Assembly (NCBI GenBank): GCA_963666285.1
Contig: OY762711.1
Length of the DNA: 64,000 bases
From: Sedimentisphaerales bacterium
Lineage (GTDB): Bacteria; Planctomycetota; Phycisphaerae; Sedimentisphaerales; SM23-30
Reading direction: 5' to 3' (one strand)
Shown: positions 61,487-64,000 of the stretch, piece by piece
Layout: each line of letters begins with the position of its first letter
How positions within the stretch are numbered: position 1 is the stretch's first letter
Position numbers and translations under genes: made by a program
The notes under the pieces: model-generated
Databases searched by the model: none
Told to the model about the DNA's origin: nothing
Seen by the model: the letters and a program-made list of their open reading frames with translations, nothing else

Positions 61487-62361
61487 TGACGAGAATAGTA
61501 ATAACAATAATTTTATGTCTGGGTTCGGTTCAGATGGCATTTGGCCAGGTTGAATCAGTTACGGGTGAGACAGTTGTATCACCTGATACTGTGGTAGACT
61601 CTAATACAACGATAAATATAAGCGATCCCGGACAGATGATTCAAGATGCAGTCAAGCCTGAGCGGCTGTCTGTAACGCTGGAAATCGTTATCTTGATGAC
61701 GGCAATTGCTTTGGTGCCGTCGATCCTGGTGATGATGACGAGTTTTACCCGGATAATTGTGGTATTGGGATTACTTCGTCAGGCGATGGGTACTCAGCAG
61801 CTGCCGCCGGCACAGGTGATAACGGCACTGGCGTTGTTTATGACGTTTTTTATAATGGGTCCGACCTGGAAAGATATTAACCGGGACGCGATTCAGCCAT
61901 ATGTTAACCCGCCGGAAGGGCAGGCACCAATCGGCCAGGAAGAGCTATGGTCGAGGACAATTGCCCATTTCAGATCGTTTATGATCAGGCAGATAGAAGC
62001 GACCGGTAATACAGATGATGTATATATGTTTGTTTCTTTTGATGAGACCTCGCCAGAGCTGGGCGAGAAGCTTCGTAATGGTACGCTGCAATGGCAGGAT
62101 GTGTCGACGGCTGCGTTGATCCCATCGTTTATGACCAGTGAGCTGAAGCAGGCTTTTCTTATGGGTTTCTATATCTATCTGCCGTTCCTGGTAATTGATA
62201 TGGTGATAGCTTCGATCCTTATGTCGATGGGAATGATGATGCTGCCGCCGGTGATGATTTCTATGCCGTTTAAGCTTCTGCTGTTTGTGATGGTTGACGG
62301 CTGGCATACGGTTGTTGGAACGCTGATCCACAGTTTTACGAGTAACCCGCCGCCAATTTAA
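61486..62361 (+). CDS. fliP: Flagellar export gate protein FliP
   Basis: MTSFTRIIVVL, SELKQAF, MGMMMLPP and LLLFVMVDGW motifs. Confidence 0.98.
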   Translation: MTRIVITIILCLGSVQMAFGQVESVTGETVVSPDTVVDSNTTINISDPGQMIQDAVKPERLSVTLEIVILMTAIALVPSILVMMTSFTRIIVVLGLLRQAMGTQQLPPAQVITALALFMTFFIMGPTWKDINRDAIQPYVNPPEGQAPIGQEELWSRTIAHFRSFMIRQIEATGNTDDVYMFVSFDETSPELGEKLRNGTLQWQDVSTAALIPSFMTSELKQAFLMGFYIYLPFLVIDMVIASILMSMGMMMLPPVMISMPFKLLLFVMVDGWHTVVGTLIHSFTSNPPPI

Positions 62362-62508
62362 GTGAATAAATAAAAGTGAAAAGCTGCGGTGTTCGTCCGC
62401 ATTATGCGGTCTCACGCATAGTTTAAAGTTACGCTTGATTGGTAGGTAAGTCGCGGAGCGGCAGGCGAGTTTAGAAATAATTCATTGCGAAAGGAATGGA
62501 AATATATC

Positions 62509-62772
62509 ATGGATGAAGGTGCTGTATTAGATCTTGGCAGGCGAGTTTTGATACTTACACTGACGATCTCGTTTCCGATGCTGATAGTCGGGCTGGTTGT
62601 TGGTGTTACGATCTCGATCATCCAGGCGGTAACGCAGATCCAGGAAATGACGCTGACGTTTATTCCGAAGATATTCGCGATGTCGTTGGCATTGATATTT
62701 TTTATGCCCTGGATACTTAACCAGCTGACTAATTTTGCCTTGGAGATGTTTGGCCCGATGGCAGTGCCGTAG
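62509..62772 (+). CDS. fliQ: Flagellar export gate protein FliQ
   Basis: QAVTQIQEMTLTFIPK motif. Confidence 0.97.
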   Translation: MDEGAVLDLGRRVLILTLTISFPMLIVGLVVGVTISIIQAVTQIQEMTLTFIPKIFAMSLALIFFMPWILNQLTNFALEMFGPMAVP

Positions 62773-62900
62773 CCTTGCACCAGACCGCTGCGGAGGCAAC
62801 CAGACATAGTCTGGCTAGACCTTGCTTCGCTTGGTGACGAATTGAGATTGGAATGTTTAATGGGCGACTCATTCTGAGTCGCATAAGTTCAAAATACTTC

Positions 62901-64000
62901 GATATTCAGTTTTTCAAAGAGCAAAATTTATTTATTATTAAGACGTAATTTTCGTCGTTGTTAAGTTTTAGAGAGAGCTGATTTTTATTGGTTCTCTTTT
63001 TTTGTTAGCTCTCTACTATTGGATGGTATGTCGAAAGTGCGCTGATTTTTTGGGCGGGATGGTTGGTTTGGAAGTTTGTAAGGTGTTGGGAGTAAGCGGG
63101 ATAATAATTTTAAAGATTTTAGATTTTCGCGATTTGGTGGTTGTAAAAACGCGGTGATTTTTTCGAGAAAATCAGGGGCCAGGGATCTGGTTTCAGGTGT
63201 CAGGGAAGTGCTCGCTACCGCTCGCGGCTGATTGATGGGTGACGGGAGGTGTGCGGAAAGGTAACGGGTCAGCGCGGCGGGTGGACGGCGTTGAAAAGGG
63301 TAACGGATTTGAACGGAGGGGAATTGCGGGCCGCGGGCAGTATACGGAGGAACATCAAACAGGTACGGAAGCCCAAACACGGTGATGGAGCGGAGAAGCG
63401 GAAAACGCTTCTGAAGTATAAAGTATAAAAAATCAAGAGCTACCAGATAACAGCAGCGAGCGAGCAGCCAAGCTGCTAGAGATTAGAGCAGCTAAACAGC
63501 GGCGAGCAGCCAGCGGCCAGTGAAGAGGAAATACGTGCTTCGCACTCTGGCACATCATTGGATGAGTCCAATGATGTGAAGGTGTCGCTATGCGACCTGT
63601 TTTAAACGGGTTCGGCGAGGCTAATTGATTTATAAGTGAGAATGACGGGGTGAAAGAGGGGTAAAAAAACGGAATGAAATTGAAGAGTGCGGGGATGTTA
63701 TAACGGGTGCGGGAAGGATAACGGCGGGTTGGGGATTTTGCGGAAATTGGCGTAAGTTGTTATTTTTGGTTTGTGGGCAGACCAGATGCCGCGAAGCGGC
63801 ATCAAAGTGTAAAGGGTAAAATAAAAAGTGTAAAGGAGGTGTTCGCATTCGCGGACGGTTTGTTTTAAACGGCTAACGCCTAGCGACGGAGGTCGCTGGA
63901 TAGTTGATAGGTGAACAGCTAAATAGCAGTGAGCAATCAGCAATCAGCTGCGAGCTGTCAGGAAATACGTGCTGCGCGAACGGCCGAAGGTCGTTAGAGA
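62901..64000 (+). repeat. Large non-coding element, copy B (runs off the window end)
   Basis: Colinear with 6333-6830 and 8370-8775, plus extra permuted modules at 63835-64000. Confidence 0.9.

Overview
Bacterial chromosomal window, most likely from a planctomycete (inferred from a 1.7k-aa secreted protein with the LEPR-XLL/'LESLESRVLL' signature). The first 38 kb hold housekeeping and accessory genes: aroC, aroB, miaB, gap, ribF, DHH phosphoesterase, ftsW-murG, argC, polA, a GH51 arabinofuranosidase, a TonB-dependent receptor, two alpha/beta-hydrolases and a GAF-GGDEF cyclase. They also hold one intact and one decayed ParE-type toxin-antitoxin pair and a complete IS3-family element. From 38.9 kb on lies a large sigma54-controlled flagellar cluster (MerR-TPR-FlgN-like-HK-EBP-flgBC-fliEFGHIJ-motE-like-fliK-flgDE-flbD-motAB-fliL-fliN-fliOPQ). 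The strongest unexplained signal is a ~1.1 kb non-coding, modular, hairpin-rich element present twice. Copy A is at 6333-~8860 and is split by the IS3; copy B starts at 62901, right after fliQ, and runs off the window end. The element is built from heptamer repeats and (G)GRAGGT+hairpin modules that also occur as stand-alone mini-copies, carries a boxA-like edge, and appears to be flanked by genes enriched in G-ending codons. All alignments and counts were done by eye; no searches were run.
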